Shown: piece by piece, positions 14,046 through 27,487 of the stretch
Layout: each line of letters starts with the position of its first letter
Numbering within the stretch: position 1 is the first letter of the stretch
Source of the DNA: Harriotta raleighana
Taxonomy: Eukaryota
Reading direction: 5' to 3'
Assembly: GCA_050575255.1 (NCBI GenBank)
Contig: JBNZDD010013683.1
Coordinates: forward strand, 897,282 to 961,281
Length of the DNA: 64,000 nt
Notes under the pieces: generated by a model
Database searches by the model: none
What the model saw: the letters and a program-made list of their open reading frames with translations, nothing else
Told to the model about the DNA's origin: nothing
Made by a program: the position numbers and the translations under genes

Positions 14046-14702
14046 ACCAAGGTCCCTTCGCCTCGCTTCCTCCCTTGCCTCCTTCAAGGGCTGGTTGAAT
14101 AAATTAGGGCTGTATTCTCTAGAGGACAGAAGAATTAGAGGGAATCTTATTGAAACATATAAGATTCTTAAAGGGCTGGATAAAGTAGACCCTGAAGGAC
14201 TGTTTCCCCTGGTAGGAGAATTTATAACCAGGGGTCACAGTCTTAAAATTAAGGGTCAGCCGTTTGGAACAGAGTTGAGGAAACTCACTCAGAGGGTAGT
14301 GAATTTATGGAATTCACTACCCCAGAAGGCTATGGATGCTCAATTCTTGAACATTTTCAAGGCTGAGACTGATAGATTTTTTAAAAAATAGAGGGATTAG
14401 GGGTTAGGGGGATAGAGCAGGCAATTAGAGTTAGGTCAGAAGATCAGCCATGATCTTATTGAATGGCGGGGCAGGCTCGAGGTGCCGAATGACTTACTCC
14501 TGATCCTAATTCTTATGTTCTTCAAGGCCGGACTCAAGACCCTCCTCTTCAATCATGCCTTCTGCTATCCTCCCAACTCAGTCTCCCCAATGCCGCTCCC
14601 ATTTGCTCGGGTCCTGACCCCTGACTGTTCAGCGCCTTGGGATGTCCTCTCGACGTGAAAGGCGCTCTATAAATGTAATTTTGTTGTTGTTATTGTTGTT
14701 TT
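14046..14702 (+). mobile_element. L2-type LINE 3' end interrupted by a CR1 insertion
   Basis: 'cttgcctccttcaagg' continues after the CR1 as 'cttcaaggccggactcaagaccctcctcttc' and ends 'aaggcgctctataaatgtaattttgttgttgtt'. It is homologous to the minus-strand copy at 49030-49460. Confidence 0.75.
14090..14519 (+). mobile_element. CR1 LINE, 5'-truncated (ORF2 C-terminus and 3' UTR)
   Basis: ORF 14095-14391 (LGLYSLEDRRIRGNLIETYKILKG...RVVNLWNSLP) is a typical CR1 ORF2 end. Tail is 'ttcttatgttc'. Flanked by a CTTCAAGG duplication. Confidence 0.9.
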
Positions 14703-17700
14703 GAGACATCCTCCCAATGTGAAAGGCACTATACGAAGTGCAAAGATTGTAATGATAATGATTGCTGATTTGCTTTTTTATAATAATGATGATGATAATC
14801 CTTTCATTTGATTTAGTGCTTTTCACATCTTCTAGATGTCTCAAAATGCTGCACAGAATATACTGTAATGTGGGTTGACATTAAATATCTATGCCTTTCC
14901 CATTTTATCGAGAGTTTTTTTTGGGGGAAAAAATATTTTATTCATTAGGGAAGCTTAGCTGTTAGTCAAAAATGTCAGATCCTGGTGTGGCCTTGAACTA
15001 ATGGCAATTACATTCAATGCGACCATACCTGCTTCAATAAGGATTCACTGTGGTCAGATACATGCTGGGCAGCTTCCCTGCTTAACAAATCAAATGCACA
15101 TCAATATTGCAACAGCTTCGAGCAATCTATTATCCCAGTCAAGGTTCAAATACTGTACAATCATGGTTATATAACATATGAAACACATCACCTCATACAT
15201 CCTTGAGTTTATCAAAGAGAAAAGGGGTACAGTATAAGAGAAGGTGACTCAATTCAATTGTCCTACAGTTCAGTATGACTGGATAAATATTTGTACCAGA
15301 TTAGAAATTAACTATCTAATCAATAATTACTGGAGCCTGGTCCTTTTATAATGATGACAGATATAGCCTCACTACAATGAGGAGGTGTATTTTTTTTGCT
15401 ACTAATCATTCCTTAAATTTTAAGTGTCTGAAAATCAGGCTAAAGACAAAATAGTAATGATAACAGTTACACTGCATTGGCCTACATTTAAGATTTAGGT
15501 TGAGGATTGCTTTAACACCACTGTAACATGGATGCAGATTTCCCATTTCTCTTTCCCCAAGGTCATTTTTATGCATATTCATCAGACATCAATTTCATTG
15601 TGCTAATTCCTGGGTTTAGTTAGCATTGACTCAGGATTATGTGCGTATAACATATTGCTTGTCAGAATGACAAGGCATAGTTTCTTCGCCCATTATTCCT
15701 CAAGTGGAGAGTTCACAACCTCAGTCATGTTCCCTCAGTGCGCTATGGAAATCATGTGAGGATAACATTTTTACAAATGAATAATAATAAAATCGTTGAA
15801 GCCAATTTTCACTACCACTGCTAATTCAGATCACCAAATCCAGGCAAAATTGAGGACCCACCCATTTCTAAACAGACCGTCACCTACTGTTGTACTGCGT
15901 CTAGCGATAAAATAACGATCATAATTGCTTCACAGATTTATATAATCTCATTGTTTGTTGACCCTAGCATTTCTATAGCGGTAATGGAAATACGATTTGA
16001 ATGTAGTGAATTTTATATGAGGAAAAGTAATAGATTTGATGGTTTCCCTCCATTTACATTTTCATTATTTTTAACTAATGGCCATTTTACCCCCACACAT
16101 AAGGAACTATAAATTTGTTGTCATTTTTGACCAAAGTACACAGCTTTCCCCCAGGATTTTAATTAAATTCTGATAAAACTAGGTTTAAAAATCATTTTCT
16201 ATTGGACAAAAGAATGTTTTCCTTTGAAGTTGGATAATTAGATTGATCATTTAATGCATTTCACTCCTTTTCCCATTACAAATAATTACAGTGCTTAATC
16301 AATGCCTCTTTTATACATTGCTGAGCAACTAATATTTCATAGCATAAATCTTCACTGTAGCTACTTTGATAGGATTGAGCACATTTGCAAAACTTGCCTG
16401 TGAATATTTCTGCAGATTTGACAAATGATTTGTGTACTTGGGAGCCAAACCACAAGATACATTGTGTTGAAGCACAGAAGAGCGTGCAACGAAACACGTT
16501 ACAGACAATTCTCAGGAGGTTTATACCAGGCACTATTTATCTGAAACTGTGGAAAATATTCTGTCATTAACTATGATATTTATTGTATCAACTCCGTCTA
16601 AACACATGTGTATCATGCTCCATATGTAAAGCATGGAAATACTTTGGTCCCATCTGTCAGCCTGGTTCAATTTTCTTTCGAATAAAAGGATAACTATTAC
16701 TGCAAGATACTGCAAGATATTTGAAAGTCCAAATTTGACTGTACTGAAAAGCGAATGGTTTCATAAAGACTGACAGTCCTGTTAGTACTGTATATTGTAT
16801 ATTGTAGATAGTGCTTTGAAACATTGGCATTGTTATGTATTTTTTTCTAGTGGAGTTAGAATTGTTATAAATCATTGTATTCCTTTGCTCTTTCTCAGAC
16901 CTCATTTTCTCAACTCCACATTGTGTGGAGTTGAGAAAATGTGCAGACATCCTACATCCTAACATCTGCTGCTCTGTTATGGATTGCCAAGGATTTGTTG
17001 AAAGGAGCATTAAGTCATTCACCCTCTGTCTGCTCCCTCTTCCCTGAGAGGGAGCGTTTGGCATCTGCCTGGCATCTATCCCTGATAACAAAGTCATCAA
17101 CTTACTAGGCGTGGAATCATTGACTTGTAAACTGTTGCATTCTGAAGCACGAATTCCACGAATCGGTTGGCACCCTTGTGTTGCTAATTCAGTTTCCCAT
17201 TCTGAATGTGACGTCCAGTCCCTCTTCTCCCAAAACCTTTGTAGCTTCTCCGAAGAAGAGTCGTCTGATGCAGATTCCTCCACACAACACATCAGAGCTC
17301 CCTCCAGGCTAGATCCCAGTGGATACTATGCATCGCCTGACAATTAACCTTTAGTTCACTGGAAATGCATTTGAATAACATGGTAGAGGTCCTTGATTAA
17401 CAGGCCATGGGTTAACAGCTGGAGGCTTGCTAACACAGATGCTTCATCATATTACTAATGTTAACCAAGGAGATGTGTAAAATCGCATGAGGTTTCAATA
17501 ATTCTCTCCAGATGATGCTAATATCTCGGTAGATTTAGTTAATAGTGTCAGATATAAGCTTTCAAGGGCAAGGCCTAAATTAATCTAATCAAACCATCAT
17601 ACATCTGGCTCCATGATTTAAATCGAGATTTCCTGTTAGTCCCTCAGAGCAATGGATTGACAAGGCTAAAAACAGTGTATAGCTTTAAGAGGGTGAAGCG

Positions 17701-19184
17701 AGCACCTGACCCATTACACCTTGGGTTATTCAACCGAACCATACTTAAGATGCAAGATCAACTTACAATTGGACACAGCTTTGATACAGGACATCAGATA
17801 AGTCAACTGTCACAAATGGTGCTCCCTTTGCAAGGTTGGGAATGAAGCAATTGTACCTCATCAAACCAGCACCAATTCCACTGTTAAAACGATTATTATA
17901 CTTTTCTCTAACTCAACAGTGAAATCTGGATTTTTCCTCTGCTCAGAATCTCACCTTCAATAGTCCCAATCTAGAAAAAACATAACTTCAACAAAATTTC
18001 ATGTATGAGTGAATATTTTGTCTGGACTATTTGCGTTGATTACACTGGGCACTTGCTCCCTGGAAAGGTTTGTAAACACATGTAAGTACACCAAGCTTGA
18101 TCCACCCATTACAGTATTAACTAGGCTCTCTAATTCCTATCGTCATCAGATAGATGGTGCTTCTGACAACGCAGCGTTGCTCCTGCACTGTTAATGATGT
18201 TACTCGACGAGGGCTTAATATAAATGAATACACTTTAAGAAAAGAATGATGAGGAGAAACTGGGCTGAAGTGACACTTTTTACATTGCAGTTGACATGGT
18301 ATATCTGAGTTTCAAAACCGTATCTCATAGGTATTAGATTATGAGCTAGAAATGCAGCCAGAGCATAAGAAACAATTTACTGCTGGTTCTTATTTTAGAT
18401 TAATTAGTAACGGTGGAAACATGATTCCTGATCAGGGCTTGAATTCAATTAAGAACATTTTTTTTGGTGGGACACTTTCACTTGCCAGTTGACAGCTCTA
18501 ATTGACTGTGCATGTTAAAGCCAATACAGTTTGAATTCATTATCTTTGCAGCGAATATGTTTTCTGTTCAAGCTGAAGTATCTCAAGCTGTAGTGGTTTG
18601 TAAATGGTCAAAATGCTGCATGCAGTTTACAAGCTTGTAGTTCAGTATAATAAAACCTGGGTTTATTTTCCGCACCAACCTCCACCTCCCTCCTTCTCCA
18701 TCTGTCTTGAAATCCCACCTAAAAACCTACAGTGCTTACTGTCATCTCCCTCCCCTCCTTGTTGAAATACAATAGGACCACTTCCAATCAGGTACTATGC
18801 AATCTAATCTGATGCTAACCCATGACAGGTTAGCATCAAACACCCTTCACCTAACAAAGGAACAATCTCTCTGCTGGTATAAATACTTGCATTAACAGCA
18901 TCCAACAATGCGGCTTGGTGCACAAAACCTATTTTTTCAATTTATTGATACATTCTAAACTGTTGTTTATTTCATTGCACCAGCTGGGATTGCATTTTTG
19001 AACGAAGACGAGTGATGATGTGGGTGAACTGAAGCACTCTTTTCCCACATTGGGAAAGCATGCAAGCATTCGCCGACAAAATACCCGGTTGCAGCACATT
19101 AAACAAAACTCAGGAACAAGAGGAAATTAAATTATAGAGGAGCTCCAGCAGTTCAAGATGTAGGAATTGAAGGCTTGGTCATAT

Positions 19185-19551
19185 TTCACCCAGAAAATAT
19201 ACAATCAATCCACTTTACAATATATTCTGTGGCATGCTTTCAGATGTCTCAAGGATGTGATAAGGTACTATAGAAACCTTGAGCAAGTTTCCTTACTCCA
19301 GACACCTAATAATAATCTGTCCAAAAAAACCCACAATAATAAAATTGGTCATTTCAATCCACGGCTGTTTGTGGGCCACTGCTGTGCACAATAGGCTGCC
19401 GTGTTTCGCCCACAAATTTACAGTCAATTCACTTTACAGTATATTCTGTGAAGCACTTTGAGACGTCTAGAAGACATGGAAAGCACTATATCAAATGCAA
19501 GGATTATTATATTATCATTATATCAAATGCAAGGATTATTATTATTATTAT
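19185..19551 (+). mobile_element. SINE cluster: a tail fragment plus a 5'-truncated copy with duplicated tail
   Basis: 'gaaaccttgagcaagtttccttactcc...ctgtttgtgggccactgctgtgcacaataggctgccg...' and 'tatatcaaatgcaaggattattat' present twice. Confidence 0.85.
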
Positions 19552-21264
19552 TTAGGGTAATACCTGCTAAGTGATTCCAGGTGAGCTCCTAACATGAAAG
19601 GTATTGTTACATGGTTTACTATTCGTTATTATTGAACAGTGAGTTCATATGGAAAGTCATAGTTGAGGTTTAAATATTGCAAACACGCCAACACCAGGTA
19701 TGGACAAGCAGGTGAATTGTATCAATAATCATTCTGTCCCTTTGCTGCTTTTCATCATCGAGTTACATTAGGTGAGAATAGCCTTCTAAATAAAGCATCA
19801 GTGACTCACTGTTATATTGTAAGAGGAATTAATTTATTCCAGACGTAACATCTTGCAGTTTCCAGGCGATGCCTGTAAATTCTTAATGTTCAACAGAATC
19901 GATGAACTTCTTTACCATATTAATCAGTACGAGAAATTCAAACAGTGTCATGGTTGCAGAGTTTGAGGTCGTCCTGCAAAGGGCATGAAGGACTAATCTC
20001 AGATACAGTACTCACAAAATAGTTGATGCCAAATCTCGATGGATATTGTGTGATTGGTATGTTAAAGATCATTAAAAATATTACCATAATCTAAAATATT
20101 AAATACACTTCTCTCCATTTCAGATTAATTGGTATCAAAATCAAATGTTTTCCACATGCCCTTGGAGTGGTCGACATTTAAGGGAATATTCATCAATGGA
20201 TTTAAGAGGAAACATGACACATACAGGAGGGAATATAGGGGTTCAGGAGAGGGTTTGTGGGGAAAGAGGGGAGGCTTGTGTGGAGTATAAACACTGGCAT
20301 GGACTAATTGGATTGTTTCTGTGCTGTTTCAATTCTGTTTATTTCCGTGTAATATATTCCAATCTGAGTATGGCGCACAGTAGCTATTTTATAAGGAGAC
20401 ATCAGGTAAAATGTAGCAGTCCTATTATTTCTGGACTATCAAATTCAACTTAATGATACTCATACAGAAATCAGTCTTGATGGCACTTCATCAAGATTGC
20501 CATTTTGTATTTGGGGTGAAGGACAAGGTTCATTGGGTAGAGGAATGTGTTCCAGAGATGGAACCATAGATCCATAGATCAGCCTTGCAGCTGCTTTACA
20601 CTGGGCTGCCATTCAAACCCAACTCATAAATATTAATTGATTGTGCATATTGTACACACTTTCTTTGTTTAATTATTTAATCAAATGTATTCAGAACTCA
20701 AATTTATTCAGGAAAATGGGCAGTGCACATTTTTTTTTCAATTTTTACATTTATTTTGATGAAGTTACATTTCAGTGTGCTCAATCCTGGATTGTATGTG
20801 GAGAACAGTGAAAGCAGGGTTGTTTCAATCAAGTGAAATGTCCAGATTTAGTTCCAAATGCACAAAGCCTTACTATTTGCCATTAAAAAAAAATGTTCAT
20901 CATTGAATCAAGGTTTCGTCATAAAAAATAGGTGTATTGGCGGCTCACGGTTCACTATAAAATGTTTAAAATTCTATCTGCAGACACGCAAGGTGTAAAT
21001 TTATATTAAATAATTCCTAATGTTGACCAAATCGTGTCTCAAGACAGCTTTCCCCCACGTGGCATTGCATGTTTTAATCTCCACACAATATCTGAAAACA
21101 TTTCTTCCCAATAGAAAGACACGTACACACTTCCAGCTGAAGAAGGAGGAAAATTTAAAACACCAATACACTCACTTAATTTTCAGTGCTTTTAACACAA
21201 AATTTCATTCTAATCTCAGGCTTACCCTAGAATTTAAACGGTGCATCTATCCAGGAAAACTATC

Positions 21265-21403
21265 CCTGCCCCTACCCCGATCCTCCCACCCCCTCTCCCC
21301 CCACCCCGCCCCTTTCACTCGGATCCCGACCTAACTATTCAGTGCCTTGGGACGTCCTCCCGATGTGAAAGGCGCTCTAGAAATGTAATTTTGTTGTTGT
21401 TGT
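21265..21403 (+). mobile_element. L2-type 3' UTR and tail
   Basis: C-rich tract followed by 'cagtgccttgggacgtcctcccgatgtgaaaggcgctctagaaatgtaattttgttgttgttg'. Confidence 0.75.
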
Positions 21404-22491
21404 TTCTTCAAATGACGTCTTCATTAAAAATGTTACTACCCACATTCAGGTCCACATGACAATAACAGTGTAAGGTAAATATTTGATGTGGCTGCTATAT
21501 CTCAGAAGCTCTTTATGTTGCTGTTATGTATCTTTCCATGTTTGGAATCGATCCCAAAGCTCCATGAAATTCCTTGGATTTGCATTACAAATTAATCTGA
21601 CAAACTTTGCAGTTAGTTATACTTTACCTGGGTTGGATAAAAGATGAAGTCCAGGAATAACTTCGCAAAGATTGAATCTAATTGCACTGTCCTTCCGACA
21701 GAGCTTTCACTTGGTGTGGGAAATGGCCAGTTTATAATAGGTTCTAATACACCGACAATCGACTGTTGTGAGAGACAGCCTTGGGAATATTGCATCAATT
21801 TTTTGATTTAAAACTTTCTTATAAGAGTACTACCCTAAAATATCATGTTAAAAATCTCTATGGCCTGTGGCAAACAGGCAGTGCAGTCTTCAGCGTCGCT
21901 ATTACACAATGGAGTGATGGCAAGATTGCAGGAGTAACTTCCCTATTGTCTTTTTTGAATGTATTTATCAAAGTGCAGCATGTAACAATGAGAGTTGCAA
22001 TGCGGAGGAGAGAATATATCACAGCAAGCAGTGTGACATGATAAATATTTCCCCAAACGCAGCTGACCGGATAACTCAGCAGTGACAAAGTGACGAATGG
22101 ATTACAGTCAGCCTCGCGAGCGAAGATATTTGTCATATCACAGGAATGTCCATGCTCTGGTCTATTTGTAACCCTTGTAGTGTATTTTCAACCCAGTGAA
22201 ATAAATTTTAATGAGTATTTGTGTGTCATTTTTCTAACCTAAAAAAAAAATCGGATGAAACTGCTTTGTGATGTGACTGCATTTTTACTGGCATACCTGT
22301 GGACATATCTTTATTTTTCACAGCTATTTCAGCACAGGCATTGTGAAAGAACAAAAGAAAGCTATCAAATAAGACAACAAGATCTCCTTGCCTTAGTGGC
22401 AATACTCAAAATGTCATTCATTTGGGTACATCATGAAGTGAGACCACATTCAGAAGTCCATGGTGATGCCTGCCCAGAATTTGACCTGACT

Positions 22492-22952
22492 GTCAATTGA
22501 CTGTATATTTGTGGGTGAAACACAGTAGGTAATTGCGCAAAGCAGTGTCCCACAAACAATTGTGAATTGAAATAACCAATTTGTTTTTTTTGAGGACAAA
22601 TTATTATTAGGCGTCTGGAGTAAGGAAACGTGCCCAAGGTTTCGCACTGACCTGCCCAGATTAGAAACACAGGTCTGTCGCATGGTTGTAAGGCAAGTGC
22701 CCTAATCACCAAGCTACAGGACTCCACAAATATACTGTAAATTGAATATTTGGGCAAAATGTGGCAACCAATTGCGGACAGCAATGTCCCACAAATGTGG
22801 ATTGAAAAGACCAATTGATTAATTTTTTTTGAGGGATTATTATTATATGTGTGGAGTAAGGAAACTTGTCCAAGATTTCACCCTGTCTGAAATTGAACCC
22901 AGGTCTACGGCTTGTAAGACAAATGCTCTAATTACTAGAGCTACAGGACTCC
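22492..22952 (-). mobile_element. Two tandem tRNA-headed SINE copies (22492-22725 and 22727-22952), both lacking tails
   Basis: Each reverse complement starts 'ggagtcctgtagct' with a tRNA-like head followed by the Deu-type domain. Confidence 0.85.
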
Positions 22953-23605
22953 ATGTCTTGATGAGTTAACCGGGAGAATTTGATTCCTCTGATCATTGAT
23001 TCAGTGACGACAGGGCATCCATTTACGGTGATTAACAAAGAGGAAGATTTGAAAAAATGTTCTTAAAAAGATTTTTCTAGTAAACACAGTTTTGCTAGGA
23101 TGTGGAACGCTTTGCTTAGAATGACCCCCAGCTCAAATGCAAAACCTTGACTGTCCAGCGCCTTCAGTCATCCTCCCAACATGAAAAGTACTATATGATT
23201 GCAAATTGGCGTTAGTTAAGGCAGCATCATGCATTAGTTTTCAAGATAGCATTAGACAGATTTCTGAAGAGGTATGATTTGCAGGAGCATGGCAAGTTTA
23301 CAAGACTGAATGGATTTCTCTTTCAAAGAGGCAGCACAAATACAGCAGACGCAAAGGACCTTAATAATAATTATAATCCTTGCATTTGATATAGCGCTTT
23401 TCACATCTTATCAACTTCCCAAAGCGCTTCACAGAATATACTGTAAAGTGAATTGACTGTATATTTGTGGGCGAAAGAAGGGCGACTTTCTTCTGTGCTG
23501 TAAAATTCTAATGGCTTGCCACATGCCTGGCCTGCAAAGCATGAGCTCAGTGTTCAGTCCCAATTTTAATAAAGATTGAACTGTTAAGACAAAGAAGGTT
23601 TTTTT

Positions 23606-23968
23606 TATTATTATTATTAAATTATCATTAATGTTTCAATATTTGGGAAATGGTTGGGCAGGACACCAGGAGAAATACAGGTGCAGATGTAGCAGTTTGC
23701 CATCAATGTGGCAGCCAGGTTGCATATAGCAATGTACCACAAAACAGTAGTGAATTGAATGTCAACTTCATCTGGAGGATTATCACTATTATTATTATTA
23801 AATTATCATTAATGTTTCAATATTTGGGAAATGGTTGGGCAGGACACCAGGAGAAATACAGGTGCAGATGTAGCAGTTTGCCATCAATGTGGCAGCCAGG
23901 TTGCATATAGCAATGTACCACAAAACAGTAGTGAATTGAATGTCAACTTCATCTGGAGGATTATCACT
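23606..23968. repeat. Exact 181-bp tandem duplication
   Basis: 23606-23786 repeats as 23787-23967. This explains the identical ORF starts at 23650 and 23831. Confidence 0.9.
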
Positions 23969-24183
23969 CATGATAATACTGAATATGTATTATTAATGCA
24001 ATCACAATTTTCTTCTTTTTTTAAAAAAATCACCTACCCCTAAAGCAAGATGTGTGTGTCACAATCCCACTCTTNGTCATGATAATACTGAATATGTATT
24101 ATTAATGCAATCACAATTTTCTTTTTTTTTTTAAAAATCACCTACCCCTAAAGCAAGATGTGTGTGTCACAATCCCACTCTTT
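23968..24183. repeat. ~107-bp duplication around n at 24075 (probable assembly artefact)
   Basis: 'tcatgataatactgaat...aatcccactctt' occurs twice; the copies differ only in the T/A homopolymer tract. Confidence 0.8.
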
Positions 24184-26188
24184 TGTAAAAGCTGTGGTCA
24201 AAACCAATTTGATTTGGTTTGACGACTGTGGTTGAAAAACACCAGAAGGCACCAGTTAAGATATTTTCTCCATTCAGTGAAATCAATAGAAATGTAAAAT
24301 GTGAAGTGAGTCACATCTCAAACCGACAAAGGTTATTTTTCACCAACCTCTTCAAGTGCTTCATTATTTCAAAATAAACTATAGCATTTCTCTTATTAGG
24401 CTTAACTACCCATACGTTGACAGGCTTCACGTTAAAAAGGGCACCCAGCATTATTGATTCCCCACAAACTATAAAAGACATTAAATATTTATAACGTGTC
24501 TGGTCTCTGAACCGGAACACCACTTACCTTTATGTGGAGTGTGAAATTACCGCAAAATGTATTTTTTGTTGCAGGCACATGAAACACTGCTTCCCCTGGC
24601 AGTTTGCTAACGGCTTGAGCTCATAGACTCGGCTGACACACCAATGCAGTAGACTTTCTGGGGGAGTTTGCACTGTCAGAAATGTCTGCTTTTGGAGCAG
24701 ACATTAAAGTGACGTTTCAGCTGCCTGTTCAGGTGAATGTTAAGGATGCGCAATTTTCAATTGTCAGTCACGAATGACATTTTATTCTAACCTTACAGCA
24801 TAGGAAAAAGAAAGATAAGTATTTTTATAACATAACATCGAAACATTTCTCATGCATTTCAAAGGTAATTGCTGTCAAGGTGGTGGCTGTATTTGCAGCC
24901 AAACATGGCAGCCATTTGGACGTGCAAGGAATTTTTAATATAGCATATGAGACTTCAGTTTATTGTCTAAACCAAAAGGCAGGACCTTTGATAACGCAGC
25001 ACTCTGTTGGAATATAAACCCTAGACTAATGATGAGAAATCCCACTGCGGAACATAACCCACAACCTCTGAACAGAGATGAATGTGCTAACAACAGAGCC
25101 AAGCTGACACACTTCAGCACAAGTCACCATAAATTGTATTAAAACGTCTTCCAATAAAAATCACCTTTGTTCGATGTCTTAGAAATACCAACATTGAGGC
25201 TAATAAGCATTTTGAAAGCCCAAGTCCAAAACTTATGTACTGTACTTTCTAGAAGATCCATTTTAACCAAATCTACAGCCATAGCATTACCTGCAATTTA
25301 AAAAGTGCAAAACAACAGTCCAGATTTTTAAAGAGAGAATCTTACCATCAGCATCACTTTTGAAGTTAACTAAGCCGAAAGGAATTTAATATCCTTTGCC
25401 TTTTTGAGAGAGGGAGGGAGGGGGAAATAGTTTAACAAGTTCTTTCCAGTGACATGGAGAAAGGGACACATGGATTTGAGGAAATGTGGAGCTCAATGCT
25501 AGTAGAGACTGATTTACTTTACTGGGAAAAGTAATCAACAACTGGAACAGGTTGCCAGGAAGAGTGGTTGAGACCAAGGCACTGGACTCATTTTTTGTTA
25601 AAAAAAAACGGTGTCTTGATGCTGTTCTGGAGAATAAGAATGAGCTGAGCTGAAGAATCTTCTTTATCCTAATGGACCGTGTGACTAAATTAACATGCAC
25701 ACAGCTGAAGCATGTTGAGTTAATGATGGTATTAATTGATGTGACATTTCCCAGCCTGTTCTTCACTAGGGTGTTGAGGTTGATTCAAGATCTTTTGCAA
25801 TTAACTGATCTTAAGAATCGCTTTCTAACAGTGCGATTGATTTTTGATGATTAGCCAGATGTAACATCCTCTGTTTCAATTCTGCATTTGCGTCCCCAAG
25901 ATTAATTTTGTTTGGCAGCCTGCAGAAACTGCAGTCCCCCATAATGAGGATGAGGGTAGTTATTAAGTGGAATACCTGAGTTGTGATTCTACAGGGTATA
26001 GTATATTGTATTTGGACCTAACCCATGAGACAATGTTCAGTGAATAATGGTTCATAGAAAAATATTTGCGTTTGCATAGTCCCTCACTATTAACAAGGCA
26101 TACACATTTGATGCAGAAACTGGTTTGTGCACCAAATTTTGACCTACTAAAATCTAATTTCTGTTAGTGAATAGTACTAGTGATTGGA

Positions 26189-26499
26189 TAATAATAATAA
26201 TAATCCTTGCATTTGATATAGTGCTTTTCACGCCTTCTAGATGTCTCAAAGCGCTTCACAGAATATACTGTGAAGTGACTTAACTGTATAATTGTGGACA
26301 AAATGCGGCAGCCAATTGCGCTTAGCAGCATCCAACAAACAGTCATGGATTGAAGTGACCAATTTATTATTGTTTTTTCAAGAGATTATTATTAAGCGTG
26401 TGGAGTAAGGAAATTGCCCAAGGTTTCGCCCTGCCTGGAATTGACCCCAGGTCTCTCGCTTTCAAGGTGAGTGCTCTAACCACTGAGCTACAGGCCTCC
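26189..26499 (-). mobile_element. Full-length tRNA-derived SINE with Deu-type central domain and L2-like tail
   Basis: Reverse complement: 'ggaggcctgtagctcagtggttagagcactcacc...ggtcaattccaggcagggcga' (A and B boxes), then 'gcgcaattggctgccgc', then 'aagcgctttgagacatc...caaatgcaaggattattatt'. Confidence 0.9.
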
Positions 26500-26709
26500 A
26501 TGATCTCAGGTGGTATGTATGCCTCTGAAAGCTTGGTAACATTTCAAGTTTTGTACAATTGTATCCATTTTAGTGACTCCGAGATACCTATTTACCAATT
26601 TCATTATTTCTCATCAGAAACTCGGATCTGCAGTTAAACTCATTTAAATCATAAAGGTGACATTCAGTTTCTTTTTAAGTTCCAACTTTGAAAATAAACA
26701 AAATATCCA

Positions 26710-27074
26710 TAAGAGGAGTCAAAAACAGACTCATTGATGAAAATCTTACTGTACAGAGTGCGTACATCAATCACATTTCTTTTACCTGATTACTGTCTGT
26801 CCAGGACTGGTGCTGTAGTTCAAAATTTCACCCACAAAATACAGTCAATCATATATTCAGTTCAGTGCTTTGGGATGTCTCAATGNAGATTAAACCCTTA
26901 AGAGGAGTCAAAAACAGACTCATTGATGAAAATCTTACTGTACAGAGTGCGTACATCAATCACATTTCTTTTACCTGATTACTGTCTGTCCAGGACTGGT
27001 GCTGTAGTTCAAAATTTCACCCACAAAATACAGTCAATCATATATTCAGTTCAGTGCTTTGGGATGTCTCAATG
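26710..27074. repeat. 176-bp duplication around n at 26886 (probable assembly artefact)
   Basis: 26710-26885 repeats at 26899-27074. Confidence 0.85.
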
Positions 27075-27487
27075 ACCATGATAACGTACTATATCAAATG
27101 AAAGGATTATTATTATCTCAGTAATGCCACATTCTCCTGACTCCTATATTCTATGACGCGCTTTGAGACGTCTAGAAGACGAGAAACGTGCTAGCTTTGA
27201 GACGTCTAGAAGACATGAAAAGCGCTACATCAAATGCAATGATTATTCTTATTTCAACTTGCATTATTAAAGCATCCTTAAGAAATGTTTTTAGAAATAT
27301 CCAATTTGTGTACATGTGTAATTTTATAGTAGTAATTTATAATTTGATGGCTCTGGCCTCAGTTGGTGCTTCAAAGGGTTGGATGTGCAATGTGTACTGT
27401 ACCTCCAGGAAGTTGTGTTTCATCTGTGTAAAGAAAAAGGCTACATATTAGCATTTTGTATTCATTCAGAATAAATATTTGTGTATA

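Noticed and set aside
26427-26499. tRNA-like sequence (also at 44306-44383)
   Set aside because: These are SINE heads continuing into a SINE body, with degenerate stems and B-box; not tRNA genes.
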